A stretch of DNA of 63,417 nt, counting the filler, from Octopus bimaculoides (taxonomy: Eukaryota), in the NCBI RefSeq assembly GCF_001194135.2. It is 6 parts of 6 records of this genome, joined end to end, with 100 filler letters (N's around TTAATTAATTAA, not from the genome) between each part and the next. Parts side by side here need not be neighbours in the genome. Positions count along the whole stretch, not along the records: positions 1 to 22,669 come from NC_068986.1; positions 22,770 to 41,669 come from NC_068983.1; 4 more parts are not named here. The stretch is one strand, 5' to 3'. Positions within the stretch are counted from its first letter, which is position 1. The number at the start of each line of letters is the position of its first letter. A program made the position numbers and the translations under genes. Positions 13,196-27,201 of the stretch are shown here, in pieces. The notes under the pieces were generated by a model. It had not been told where the DNA came from. It made no database searches and worked only from the letters and a program-made list of their open reading frames with translations.

Positions 13196-14729
13196 ACACA
13201 TAGAACAGAGAGAATCCAAAAATTAATGTTGCTATTCATTCCGAATATGCTGATCACGTGGGTCTCCGTCATTGGAAAAATTCTTCTCCCTTTAGACGAT
13301 GCCAATGCATAGATAGCTCATTATATTTTCTAAACAATCATCAAAGGGCTTATTATAAATTATTATAAAGTTATAGGTTCTAATTTTTATAAGCTATCGA
13401 TAGAGGGCGTATTGTAATGTATTTTAAACACATAAACGATAGCTATTATAGACTAATCGATTATTGATTATAATATCCTCCATTATTTGCTAAACACAAA
13501 TCCTCTGGGAATCGTTACTCCCAATATTTTTTTATGCTTCTTTTCTTCTTTTTTATCTTACAACCTTCAACTGATACATATTCGAACAGAAAATCTATGT
13601 TATCGATCTTGCCAGCCTGGGAAGTCCAACGAAATCAAAATCATTGTTTCTCTTGTTCAAGACAAAATAATTTTGCAACACTAACAACAGTAGTTGTAGC
13701 AACAACAACATCAATATCAAATGAAAAATTTGCTCATCATAAATTGCTAAATCACATCTTTTTATTATAATTCTTTTCATAAACAAAAACAATATAAAAA
13801 GAAATAGGTATTTTAAAAATTATACTTCTGGAAGTGCCACCATTTTGTTTTTACTTTTGGTCCATCTCCACCATTTTAATAAATCACATCTAAAAGCAAA
13901 TAGACTTCTATTTTACGAGCAACAACAACAATAACAGTTCCTCTTGTCTTTCACTTTGCAGATTATTTCCAACATCATAATCTAATGTGACATTTTCGTT
14001 TTACTACGAATGACATGTTCATCATTGTTGTACCAGACGACTTAACTAATGTCACCCTGTTTCTCCGCGCACACATGCACACACACATGCTCATACAAAC
14101 ACACACACACACACACACACAAACACAGACACACAAACACGCACACACACACCCAGACTGAACTCCACATTCTACTTTACTGGTAATGTTCACCTGTCAA
14201 AATACATCCTTTGCGTAATTCCTACATGTTGCAGAAAAGATTGAATTGTATTGTATTAGCGTGTAGAAAAGACGCTATCTATCTATCTATCTATCTATCT
14301 AGCGACATTTGCATATATGTATATATACCTGCATATATACATATACATACCTGTATATGCATACATACATACGCACACTCACACACATATATATACATAT
14401 GCATACATACACTCACAGATATTTTCAGATGAATGTAATACATGCATATATTCCAATGTTCTATTTTGTCAACGTAATAGAATAAAACCGCCCATTACCT
14501 GTGGTAGAGAATATTATTTAATTAAATTGAATTTCATTTTCTCCGCAACCACCACCACCAAAACTACCCCGAACAACAGCAACAACAACAACAGCATCTT
14601 GTTGCCTTAATGTTGATATTGATATTAATATCCATGAAATATAATATTCCATCTAGTGTTGAAACGATCGTAATTAAAGGATTAGATGTCATAGCGTAAC
14701 TTCCAATCTTTAACTTGATATGTGTTTGC

Positions 14730-14775
<46 letters not shown>

Positions 14776-16387
14776 TTGTGTATTCGACAAATATTTACCT
14801 GTGAACATTCTGGCTGAACACAAACGTTTAGGGGGATCTCTCAACATTTGGTCAGTAACTTAGAGAAAAAATTCTCTATATACCCAAATGTAGATTGTTC
14901 TTCCCATTCTGCTATAAAATATCCAGGTCCGGGCATATTTTTCTGTCCTTTGAGTTTAAGTCCTGCAGAGGTCAAGTTTGCCTTTCATCCTTATAGGTCT
15001 ATCAAAGCGTTTCAAACCACAGCGATGGACGGGCTGAACTGTACAATCGTCGGACTCGATTCTTTGTGGTATTTATCCCGGCTCTGTGTTTTGAGTTCAG
15101 ATGTCATTATATCCTACTTGCTAGACTTAATCCGTCCCCTGGTTTAACCCTATGCCACTTTGCTACTTTGGCTAGCTTTAAAGAAGTCCATTGTATTGCA
15201 GGCATTTGGGCGGCGTCTTCGGCTAAAGACTACCCTCTGGCTTCCCTTCCCAATGGTTTCAGATACCTTGTAAAGAGCTATGAACATTCACGGCCCTCCT
15301 AATTAAAAGATGAAAAAGTGCCTGGTGAGTGCTGTGTCCTACGGACTACGAGTGCATTACGCGTGTGTAAGGAAACAGTGTAATGTCAGTATTGATTGCT
15401 TTAGTAGCAAAGGAGATTTATTCTCTAGAAAAAAAAAAACTGTTTAAGATCTCACGTGATACGTTTATTTTATGCTTTCTATGTATATATATATATTTTA
15501 ACGTGTGGGTTGTTTAGTATTTTCCTGTTTTCATTTCACATAGTTTTTTTACTCTTAAGCTTTAATAACTGATGAAATGAAAAGAAGAAAATGAGGTTAA
15601 TACGATTAATAATGAGAACAACAACAACAACAACAACAACCATGACTACAACATTATAACCGCTGTCACTAATAACAAAAACGATAAAATCATTATTAAA
15701 TAATAAAAAGATTGCAATATATATATTCACAGACACGCATATTTGTACATATATTTGTATTCATATAAGAATTTTTAGGATGCTATTGCATATATTGATG
15801 CATCTATATCATTTATGAGTAGGTGCAAAAATTGAAATGTAAATAGTATCAGAAGACAACTTCCAGCACCTCTATCATCCCCAGCACCGCCGCCGTCACC
15901 ACCACCACCACCACCACCACCACCACTACCACCACCACCACCGGCACCACCACCTCTCACCACTACCACTATCATTACACCCCCACCCCGCCCAAAAGAT
16001 CCCAAACAAACTCTTGCCATGTTTTGTTAACATTTATATTCTGCTTTTATCAGTGCAAATTCAGTTCGTTGAAATATTTAATTAACATTTAAAAACAATC
16101 TTTTGGGTTCATCTCTAAATGAAAAAAATTACTTTTGGACGGNNNNNNNNNNNNNNNNNNNNNNNNNNNNNNNNNNNNNNNNNNNNNNNNNNNNNNNNNN
16201 NNNNNNNNNNNNATAATTTTTTTTAGTCATATGCCTGTATGTATGTGTGTATGTATGTATGTATGTATGTATGTATGTATGTATGTATGTTATTCAGTTT
16301 ATTTCAAGATTTCTTGCCAATAAAGAGTATTTGTGCATGTATGTAGTATCTGGAGTTTTGTATATTTTATTTTATATATGTATGTAT

Positions 16388-16424
<37 letters not shown>

Positions 16425-16432
16425 TGATGATG

Positions 16433-16484
<52 letters not shown>

Positions 16485-16531
16485 TAATAATAATAATAAT
16501 AATAATGATAATAATAATAATNNNNNNNNNN

Positions 16532-16579
<48 letters not shown>

Positions 16580-16899
16580 TATATGTCTACAGAACGTCAC
16601 GAACTGTGCAAACAACATGAAATACGTAAACGAGTTAAATACGTAAACAACGAGTGCAAGAAAAATAGGAAACAGGACAAGTAAACACAGAGAAATGACC
16701 CTTCATTAGTTGTCGGTAGTCTATCTACTCCTCATTTCGAGCATTCAGCGACAATATGGGTCTTCAAAGACAGTTGCTCCCATAAATTTGAAAATGAAAC
16801 TTAGGATTTATGAAGGGTCGCGTTCATGTATGCATGCATGTATGTATGTTTGTATGTATGTATGTATGTATTTATGTATGTATTTAAGTATATATGTCA

Positions 16900-17230
16900 T
16901 TATTCAGTTTCATCACAAGATTTCTTGCCAATAGAGAAAGAACCGGTTTCTAACCTAGATCTTAAGGCTCCTTCATTGGAATTTCAACATCAACATGGTT
17001 TTATGAAGTGTCGGGTTCATGTATGTATACATGTATGTGTGTATGTATGTATATGTACAGATTAGTATGTTTTGTTTTATGTGTGTATTCTCATGCATAC
17101 AGCTGCATGTCTAGACATGCTTATACATCCTTAAATGATAACTTCTGGAAATTTTTACAGATGTTTACGTTTTTGAATCAGCTTTCTCCTTCGAATTAGC
17201 TTTCTCTTTTCTGGTTTCCCTAGATTGGTA
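16900..17230 (-). mobile_element. Degenerate LINE 3' end, Dong-like lineage
   Basis: VNICKNFQK resembles the GTVKICKTF terminus. Abuts (TACA)n, and its terminal motif ttattcagtt...aagatttcttgccaata recurs at 16290-16322. Confidence 0.4.
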
Positions 17231-18457
17231 TTTAGATTGGTTTTGATTATTTAATTACATAAATATCAACGGCTAATAATGATGCTTATTAATGTAACGA
17301 GATCCCATTACGGATCTTACACCTCACATTACTGACTCCATCAATAGCTCACGTACTAAGTTATTTCTAACGTTCTCTCAAACATACTGGCTTTTGCCTT
17401 TCTTCTGACCGGCGATAATCGAACAAGTAAAGTTGCTTAATAAGTAATAGGACAATCTCTAGGTAATTCAAACCAGTTCTAGCAAAATATTTTCCCGAAA
17501 CTAATCATTCCTTTTCGACAGCTTGACTCCGTTCTATATTCCTCTATTCACCGCCAATCGTTTTACCATCCATCACCTTAGGACTTCATTACCTATCTAA
17601 TATTTCCGTCCCTATTTTTAAACACATGCAGGAAATTTTAGCTGCTATTTCTAACATATTTAGTAGTCACACCGTAGCTTATTCAGTTGATTTTGCGCCT
17701 TCCTTACCAACTGTCTTGGCTCTTTACCAAAGGAAGGAAATCTATTCCGTCACCCACTTAGATTGTCAAAGAAATTACTTGAAACCATAGACTTCTATTA
17801 AATTACCTCACACTAACACCCACATCTCCCAAAAAAGAAAAAAAAGAAGTAAGTAAATCAAATGAAATGCGCAACAACAACAAAAGAAGAACAAACCAAA
17901 CAAAGCATTACTATTTTGTCATAATGGTTATTTTCACAGGAAAGCCGCCATGAAGATTCCCTTAGCGTTTTTGATAATTTTTAGGTAGACAGTAACTCGT
18001 AGTAATAATATACAATAATGCTCATATAATATAATAAAATATGAGAGAAAACCAATAATGTAACATAACATGGCATAATATGATATAATATAATATAATA
18101 TAATGTCTTTATCATATGTAAGGAAGTGTGTTGTTTTCTCCCGCTAACACTGTAAGATCGTATGTATTCTTTTCTTTGCTTAAACAAATCTAAGATGGTC
18201 GCTAACGAAGTGATACTGGCTTTTAGTTTGAATTGTGAGTTCTTTAATGTATATGGTTGGTGTAATGTATGAGTTATGGAGTGTGCCGCACGCGTTTGTG
18301 TGCACGTGTGTGTGTGTGTAGCGTGTGTGTATATATCAGTGTACGCATACGTACGTACGAATCCGAGTGGGCATTCTTATGAAAATAAATGCACACACAC
18401 ACACATATGCATATTTGTGTGTATATATATATATATACATATAGATATATTCATATA

Positions 18458-18506
<49 letters not shown>

Positions 18507-18739
18507 TCACACACATATGCATCCACGAACACATACGCACACATATTACATATATACTTATATATGATTATATATGAAGCCAATATATGTGTATATGTAT
18601 ATCTGAGTATTTATACGGACACATGTTTCTACGTATGAATGAATATCTGCATATATTAATGTATGTGCATATATATATATATACACACACGCGGATATAT
18701 GAATGTTAGTCTGCATCCAGGTACATATATATATATATT

Positions 18740-18776
<37 letters not shown>

Positions 18777-19184
18777 ATGAATGTATGTATGTATATACAT
18801 ATATACATACACACACACACTCACACACACACACAAACACACAAATATATATATATGTATGTGTCTATGCATGTATGTATCTATGCATGTATGCTTATGT
18901 ACGCATGTATCTATGATTATATGTATATGCATATGTATATATATATATGTATATATACACACATTTACATTTATATATCTATCTATATATATATACACAC
19001 ACACACACATATATGTATATATATATATATGTATATGTATATATATGTACATACATGTATGTTATTGTTTCTCATGTGGCGGAAAAACCTGAGAACAAGG
19101 TTGTGTTCAGTGTGCGTGTGCGTGTTCTGCTTTAAGAAGCGGTTAATGGTTCACCAGACATTCCTATGGATTGCTCACCATTGA

Positions 19185-19232
<48 letters not shown>

Positions 19233-19649
19233 AAAAGCGGGAAAAACCGAATAAGTAAGAGAAGACAAAGGAAACATGGTTAAAGAAAGTAAAAGTGGTT
19301 CAGCAGATAATACACAGTGGTGGCCGTGTTAGGATCGTGATAGGTGTAGAGAGAAGGTGAAAGAGTGAAAAGGGGACTGTTAATGTCAGATCATTCATGA
19401 CGTCAGAGATGACAAAAGCAACACCTGCATCTGCTGCTGGTGCTGCAGATGTGCATTACATGCTAGACTGCATTACGTGTAGATGTTGCAAGATGTAATG
19501 TACAAAGCCCAGTTCTCTGCTATTAATAAGGTAATTTTCGCCATCTATTAAACCTTATCTTTCAAACGTACCTTTACACCATATCTATGTATACTGCCTT
19601 TCAAACGCAACGGTTAATGTCTGCGATTGTAATCAGATATCCTCTTCCG

Positions 19650-20085
19650 CCTTCCTCCTCATTCTCCCTCCTCCCCTCTTCTTTTTCTTCTTCTTCTTCT
19701 TCTTCTCCTCCTCCTTCTTCTTCTCCTTCTTCTTCTTCTTCTCCTCCTTCTTCTTCTTCTTCTTCTTCTTCTTCTTCTTCTTCTTCTTCTCCTTCCTCTT
19801 CATCGTCGTTTTCGTCATTATCATCATCATCTTTATAACCAAATCACCATCTTCTTCTTCTTCTTCTTCTTCTTCTTCTTCATCGTCGTCGTCGTCATCA
19901 TCTTTATAACCAAATCACTATCTTCTTCTTCCATCTTCCTCTCCTTCCTCTTCTTCCTCTCCTTCTTCTCCTTCTTCTTTTTCTTCTTCTTCTTCTTCTT
20001 CTTCTTCTTCTCCTTCTCCTTCCCCATCCTCCTCCTCCTCATCATCATCATCATCATCACCATCACACTCTTCTTCGCCTCCGTT
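19650..20085. repeat. (TTC/TCC/TCA)n trinucleotide field containing a short internal direct repeat (catcatctttataaccaaatcac x2)
   Basis: Direct reading. Confidence 0.9.
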
Positions 20086-21736
20086 TCACTCCTTAGTTGT
20101 GCCCATTTCACGTCACCTTATTTCCTTCCTGTTTCAAGTACTTCTAAATGAGTGAACTCTGGCGAATGCAACAAAAGTTCAGGTTTGAGAGGGTTAAACC
20201 AGCTCATAGAAATAATTATACCTGTCCAGAACACAAAGCTCAAAGAGATGAGACCAAATACCTCAAGGTATCTTGTCTGACCCTCTCAAAATAAATTCCC
20301 TCCATGGACTGGTACCATCATTTATCGATCTTAGAGGAAAGTAAGATAAAATTTGTCCAGAGCGGGATTTGAACTCAGAGTATAGAGAGCTTGAACAAAT
20401 ACTGCAATGTGTTTTGACCTGCACTCTAATGACTCGGCTAATTCAAGCTGGATTCCGACAAACATGTATATTCATGGGTAAAGGAACAAGAGCATGATAC
20501 TTACTAACCTGCGTTTAGATATAATGTGTCGTGAGAAACGAATACAAAACTTTTAAGAACTATTTTCCGTTATCTATTCCCGTTCTCTGTTCAAATTCCA
20601 CGGATGCCAAATTTTACCTTTCGTTCTTTTTGGAGCTGATAAACTAGAGTGTTTTTAACGTATTTGACTGACAGAATTATTAACGCATTGGACGAAATGC
20701 CATGCGGTACCTGATCCGACTTTTACATTTTTGTCTGCAACGACTGGGACCTCATGAACGGCGGCTTATATCGTCGTTGGCTATCTCTGGGACAATACCG
20801 GTGGTGTGGAGAGCAAAAATGTATTAGTGACCAAACGCAAAAAATAAGATTAAACTTTTCCCAATGCTGCATACCAGAGAGTAATTTTCTACGTATGGAT
20901 TCGATTCTTAGTATTCTCGTCAGAATCACGGAGGTCCAGGGTACGAATTCAACTCAGGGTAATGTATATATTCCAGAATAAGAACTCTTATAATGATTGG
21001 ACACCATACCGATTGTGGGGTATAGTGAATATAAATGTTGTGAATATACACTCTAATGATGAAGCGAATATGCTAGACATCCCAGATACGATTCGTAATT
21101 TCATCAGATATACGGTGATCCTGAGTTCGAATGTACATATTCCGAAATCAGAAATCATATAATAATCGTCATCAAACCAATTGTGGGGTGTATCGACTGT
21201 AAATTTTGTAAATACGTGCAGACGGGGTAGTATGGCAAGAAGCTTGCTTTCAAATTACATGGTTCCAGGTTCAGTCCCACAGCGTGGTATCTTGGGCAAA
21301 GTATTTTACTATGGTCTCAGGCCAACCAAAGTCTTGTGAGTGGATTTTCTCGTGTATGTATATATATATAATTCTGAAATTACTGAGCACCAAACACCAG
21401 AGACATTGTAAAGGTTTATCCGTATACGCAACACTCTTATTTCAAGATGACCTTTCAGGATTTCTACCAAATTATATCCATGAAGTACTACAGTGAACTT
21501 TCGCTTTGCTGTTTACTTCTACGCATTTTTCTACAAAATTATATTTATACTCATGTCTGTTTTACTACTTTACAAATGTTTTCATATTATTAACAACAGC
21601 CTACCTATCATATATGTTACAGCAATACATAAATACATACTTACACTTACTACATATATATATATATATATATATTCTCTCAAACGCAACGGTTAATGTC
21701 TGTGATTGTCATCAGATATCCTCTTCCTCCTTCATC

Positions 21737-21785
<49 letters not shown>

Positions 21786-22181
21786 GTATGTATGCATATA
21801 GAATGTGATTATCTTAATTCAGAGATCAAGAGGACCATTCATGCAAAAATAAAAGGACAGAAGACATTCAAATGTAGACTTCGATATGTTTTAATATACA
21901 AAGAACGTTCAAGAGTTGTAGGAACGATCCGGAATCAATACATGTGAGTCTATTGGCTTCTTATCATTCTTACCAATGTGAAACCAATAAACAAACGCGC
22001 GCGCGCACACACACACATAAATAGATACATAGATAGATAGATAGATATACATGTGTATGTATATATGTATGTATAATAGTTTCGAAATAACTGTACATCT
22101 TTTGGACCTGCTGTGTATAAATAATGATGATGACGATGATATCGATGCACCAATATGTGCGTCTGTGTTTCTGTTTGTATT

Positions 22182-22231
<50 letters not shown>

Positions 22232-22669
22232 TATGTGTGCATGTATTTATGTATGTATGAATGTATATATAGGAAAATACATTCACAAGCACACGCCTGG
22301 CATTACACACTCATATCTGTATGGTTGCATAATAGTTTCTCATTAAACATTCTATAACACAGGCATACACACATTCAAATACACACACACGCACACAACA
22401 CACACACAAAACACACATACACACTAACGCACACACAACTGAAATTCCAAAGTCAGCGCAGGAACATTTAGTTAGAATCGTAGACTTGCATTGTCATCTA
22501 AGACGAAGATGTGTGTATACGTGTGTGTGTATGTGACTAAGTATATGTCAGTGCAAATGTGTTTGAGTATTTAAGCAATACGTAGTGACCTATGCGTATA
22601 GATATGTTATTAACTAGCCTTCATTTAGTATGTTTATGCTTGTATCTAAGTATATATATATATATATAT

Positions 22670-22769
22670 NNNNNNNNNNNNNNNNNNNNNNNNNNNNNNN
22701 NNNNNNNNNNNNNTTAATTAATTAANNNNNNNNNNNNNNNNNNNNNNNNNNNNNNNNNNNNNNNNNNNN
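22670..22769. other. Artificial scaffold spacer N44-TTAATTAATTAA-N44 (also 41670-41769, 56789-56888, 59533-59632, 61893-61992)
   Basis: Five identical 100-nt structures. The 12-mer is self-complementary and has TAA in all six frames. Confidence 0.95.
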
Positions 22770-22776
22770 TATATAT

Positions 22777-22970
22777 AGGGAGAATTCACAAAAAAACAAC
22801 AGACGAAGACAGGTGGTGTAGAAAACAAATAGATGTATTAGTATAATGCTCGGGAATTGAAAAAGTCTTTAACATTACAAGCCTACGCTCTTCCACAGAA
22901 AGAAACAAGGAGAAAAAAAATGTGTGTAGTGGTCAGCGATCTGTCATGGCAAATATATATATATATATAT
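22777..22970. mobile_element. Probable Penelope-type terminal repeat fragment between (TA)n tracts
   Basis: gaagacaggtggtgtagaaaacaaa...gagcctacgctctt-like text recalled as a common octopus repeat. No coding evidence. Confidence 0.3.
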
Positions 22971-23503
22971 ATGAGAGAGTGAGAGAGACAAACACACACA
23001 CAAATGTATATACATTCAAATACTGACGGTGGCACATAGAAAGCACCCACTACACTCTCGGAGTGTTTGGTGTTAGGAAGGGCATCCAGCTGTAGAAACT
23101 TTTTCAGATTGGATTGGAGCCTGGTGCAGCCTTCTGGCTTGCCCGCCCTTAGTCAAACTGTCCAACCTATGCCACCATGGAAAGTGGATGTTAAACAATG
23201 ACGACGACAATGATGATGATGACTGTATGTAGTTGCACTCTTATGCAGACAAATCTATCAGGAAGTTATATTTGCAGTCTTCTAGGTCTTTGGGCATTTC
23301 TCAAAATATAAGCACTCTAGTTTTCTATGCAACCCTGTAGCATAAAATATAAAAGTGCTGAGTTCTAATGATGACAAAATAGCTGCTTAATGAATCGATA
23401 GCAGTGCTTTTAGGTTTCAAATTTTTTCTCTGATCTTTTGCCAATGGTTTTCAAAGAAATTGGCTGGAGATTCCATATATTGACCTTGAGAAGATATTTC
23501 TTC

Positions 23504-23890
<387 letters not shown>

Positions 23891-23905
23891 ATATATATAT
23901 ATATA

Positions 23906-24802
23906 TCAAGTTGAGTAAAAAGTAAGCAACGTTTTGAACCATGAGGAATTTGTACTGGATTTCCACAGAGTTTTGAATTTTTTAAAAACATTTTTGCAAT
24001 TGTCTGATAATACAGACATAGACTTGCCCAAATGCATCAATAAATTAACATTGATATTTATTTTCACCATTGTTACAATCATCTGAAATGGAACTGTCAA
24101 TGTGTGATATTCAAGCAATTTTGCTATTCAACTTCAAAAAGGATGTAAAGCAGCTGAAACTGCTCACGGTATCAGTGAAATGTTTGGTGAAGAAATGACC
24201 AGGGAGTGATCAGCTCAAAAATGGTTTAAACGATTTCGCAGTGGAGACCTGAGCTTTGAAGGTTGTGAGCATAGTGGACGCCCATCTGTCTTCGATGATG
24301 GTCAATTAAAGACCGTCATTGAGAAAAATCCATGTAAAACCACTCGAGAACTGGCAAAAGAACTTCAAGTTAGCCAGAAAACTGCCTGTAACCATTTGCA
24401 TGTGATCTGCAGAAACATATTGCCATGAAATTGCCAAAATGAACAAAAACTGCTAGTCCCCCATCCCATACTGGTCAACAGAAAAGAGCCAATCATTCTT
24501 CAGAAGTTGAGGGAACTTGGCTATGAAGTCTTTCTTTTACCAACTACCACTTTTTCAGGCACCTTGATGGTTTTCTGCAAGAGAAGGAGTTCAAAAATCA
24601 AACTAATACTGAAAGTGCATTCAAAGAGTTCATCAGTTTCAGAGCTCCAGATTTTTATGTTACTGGAATAAACAAACTTGTAACTTGTTGGCAAAAATGT
24701 GTTGATTGTAATGGTACTTACTTTGATGAATAAAATTTCTGCATTGTTGAAATGTGATGAATTTCATGTTTCAAAATGTTGCTTACTTTTTACTCAGCCT
24801 GA
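23906..24802 (+). mobile_element. Internally deleted mariner with TIRs, flanked by (TA)n on both sides
   Basis: ~36-bp TIRs tca[a/g]g[t/c]tgagtaaaaagtaagcaac.ttttgaa. HTH region (AQKWFKRFRSGDLS, SGRP, NPCKTTRELA) and C-terminus (QKLRELGYEV, GINKLV..WQKCVDCNG.YF). Confidence 0.92.
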
Positions 24803-24959
24803 TATATATATATATATATATATATATGCATACACACATGCACACGCACACACACATGCACACACACATACATGTATGTATATGGTGGGTGGATTTGGTG
24901 GACAGAAACTGAAAAAAAAGCCTGTTGTGTGTGTATATGTATGTATATGTGTATATTTT

Positions 24960-25602
24960 ACCAGGGGTGTAGCCAGCCAACTTATGCGTACCTTTCCTTC
25001 TTTGGACACTAAACTCTGCTTGCAAAGACCTGTTGAGGCAAGTGAAATTGAAATTGAAATCAAACCAAATTTGATGACTGGCACCCATGCCAACCTTCCT
25101 TCATTGGACACTAAACTCTGCTTGCGAAGACCTGTTGGAGCAAGTGAAATCGAAATTGAACCAAATTTGATGACTGGCACCCTTGCCAGTGGAGCGCTAA
25201 CAACACCATCTGAGCGGGATCATTGTCAGAACATGCTGGTGGCATGCAAAAAGCACCATTTGAGCATGATCATTACCAGCATCACCTTACTGGCACGTGA
25301 ACAAAACATTTGAGTGAGGTTGTTGCCAGTGCCGCTGGACTGACTCGTGTGCAGGCGGCATGTAAAAAACACCATTTGAGCGTGGCCATTGACAGTACTG
25401 CCTGACTGGCCCTCGTGCCGGTAGCACATAAAAGCACCTGCTACACTCTCGGAGTGGTTGGCATTAGGAAGAGCATCCAGCTGTAGAAACTCTGCCAGAT
25501 CAGATTGGAGCCTCTTGCAGCCATCTGGTTCGCCAGTCGTCAGTCAAATCGTCCAACCCATGCTAGCATGGAAGGCGGACGTTAAACGATGATGATGATG
25601 AT
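24960..25602 (+). mobile_element. Composite repeat family D with modular internal subrepeats and (GAT)n RTE-like tail (other copies about 23025-23222 +, 26114-26424 +, 30577-30865 -, 35188-35475 -, 37285-37615 +, 37805-37990 -, 40100-40300 -)
   Basis: Shared 3' end ttaggaagggcatccagctgtagaaac...cccatgctagcatggaa.gcggacgttaaacgatgatgat; ~100-bp tandem unit at about 24995-25195. Confidence 0.85.
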
Positions 25603-26806
25603 AAGCNNNNNNNNNNNNNNNNNNNNNNNNNNNNNNNNNNNNNNNNNNNNNNNNNNNNNNNNNNNNNNNNNNNNNNNNNNNNNNNNNNNNNNNNNNNNNN
25701 NNNNNNNNNNNNNNNNNNNNNNNNNNNNNNNNNNNNNNNNNNNNNNNNNNNNNNNNNNNNNNNNNNNNNNNNNNNNNNNNNNNNNNNNNNNNNNNNNNNN
25801 NNNNNNNNNNNNNNNNNNNNNNNNNNNNNNNNNNNNNNNNNNNNNNNNNNNNNNNNNNNNNNNNNNNNNNNNNNNNNNNNNNNNNNNNNNNNNNNNNNNN
25901 NNNNNNNNNNNNNNNNNNNNNNNNNNNNNNNNNNNNNNNNNNNNNNNNNNNNNNNNNNNNNNNNNNNNNNNNNNNNNNNNNNNNNNNNNNNNNNNNNNNN
26001 NNNNNNNNNNNNNNNNNNNNNNNNNNNNNNNNNNNNNNNNNNNNNNNNNNNNNNNNNNNNNNNNNNNNNNNNNNNNNNNNNNNNNNNNNNNNNNNNNNNN
26101 NNNNNNNNNNNNATGGACTGGCTCTTGTGCGAGTGACACATGAGGTTTTTCGAGCGAGATCGTTGCCGGTGCCCCTGGACTGGCTCTTGTGCGGGTGGCA
26201 CATAAAAGACACCATTTCGAGCGTGGCTGTTTTCGTGCGGATGACACGTAAAAGCACCCACTACACTCTCTGAGTGGTTGGCGTTAGGAAGGGCATCCAG
26301 CTGTAGAAACTCTGCCAAATTAGATTGGAGCCTGGTGTTGCCATCCGGTTTCACCAGTCCTCAGTCAAATCGTCCAACCCATGCTAGCATGGAAGGCGGA
26401 CGTTAAACGATGATGATGATGATAAGCAGGAGTCTGCTAGTAGAACCATCTTACTTTAAATGACTCTGTTGATATACAGTACATCCCCCATTACATTTTC
26501 CTATTTTGGTGAAGGTGTATCTCCCCCAGCTCCCACACAATACCACAGAATCTTAGCTGAGTCATTTGGATATTGGACTGTTGCCCAAAGTATTGATTCT
26601 TGAGATCAACACCACCCTGTTGTTTCCATGAATAAGACCTTTTACTTTCACTGATCCAGTTCACCTAACAATAACTAGACACCACGGGTAGGTGCAGCTC
26701 ACCACTGTAATAAAGGCTTTTGCTACATCAATAAAAAGGCAGGAGATGGTAAGTTTGGTAGAGCAACAAACAAAATTCTTTACTGGTTTTAGCTATGTTT
26801 AACTAT

Positions 26807-27201
26807 AGGCGCAGGAGTGGCTGTGTGGTAAGTAGCTTGCTTACCAACCACATGGTTCTGGGTTCATTCCCACTGCGTGACACCTTGGGCAAGTGTCTTC
26901 TACTATAGCCTCGGGCCGACCAAAGCCTTGTGAGTGGATTTGGTAGATGGAAACTGAAAGAAGCCTGTCGTATATATGTATATATATATATGTTTGTGTG
27001 TACCTGTGTCTGTGTTTGTCCCCCCAACATCACTTGACAACTGATGGTGGTGTGTTTATGTCTCCGTAACTTAGCGGTTCGGCAAAAATAGAATAAGTAC
27101 TAGGCATCCAAAGAATAAGTCCTGGGTTGATTTACTCGACTAAAGGCGGTGCTCCAGCATGGCCACAGTCAAATGACTGAAACAAGTAAAAGAGTAAAAG
27201 A
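26807..27201 (+). mobile_element. SINE family C, CORE-like (other copies about 7570-7965 -, 12160-12500 +, 21220-21360 +, 28565-28750 +, 35475-35865 -, 36150-36665 +)
   Basis: ggagtggctgtgtggtaag head, ccttgggcaagtgtcttctactatagc core, internal (TG/TA)n, (AGAGTAA) tail. Confidence 0.85.

Noticed and set aside
13200-13315. Hydrophobic frame QKLMLLFIPNMLITWVSVIGKILLPLDDANA, faintly like a Cys-loop receptor M1
   Set aside because: Ends in a stop, no splice sites or neighbouring exons, similarity too weak.
19451-19503. Hairpin beginning GTGCATT as a miR-33-like precursor
   Set aside because: Differs from miR-33 after nt 7, has a weak central stem and is short; kept only as part of the regulatory-island finding.
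25560-26430. Two family D tails both ending gatgatgataagc on either side of a gap
   Set aside because: Probably redundant assembly of one locus at a gap edge rather than a real duplication.
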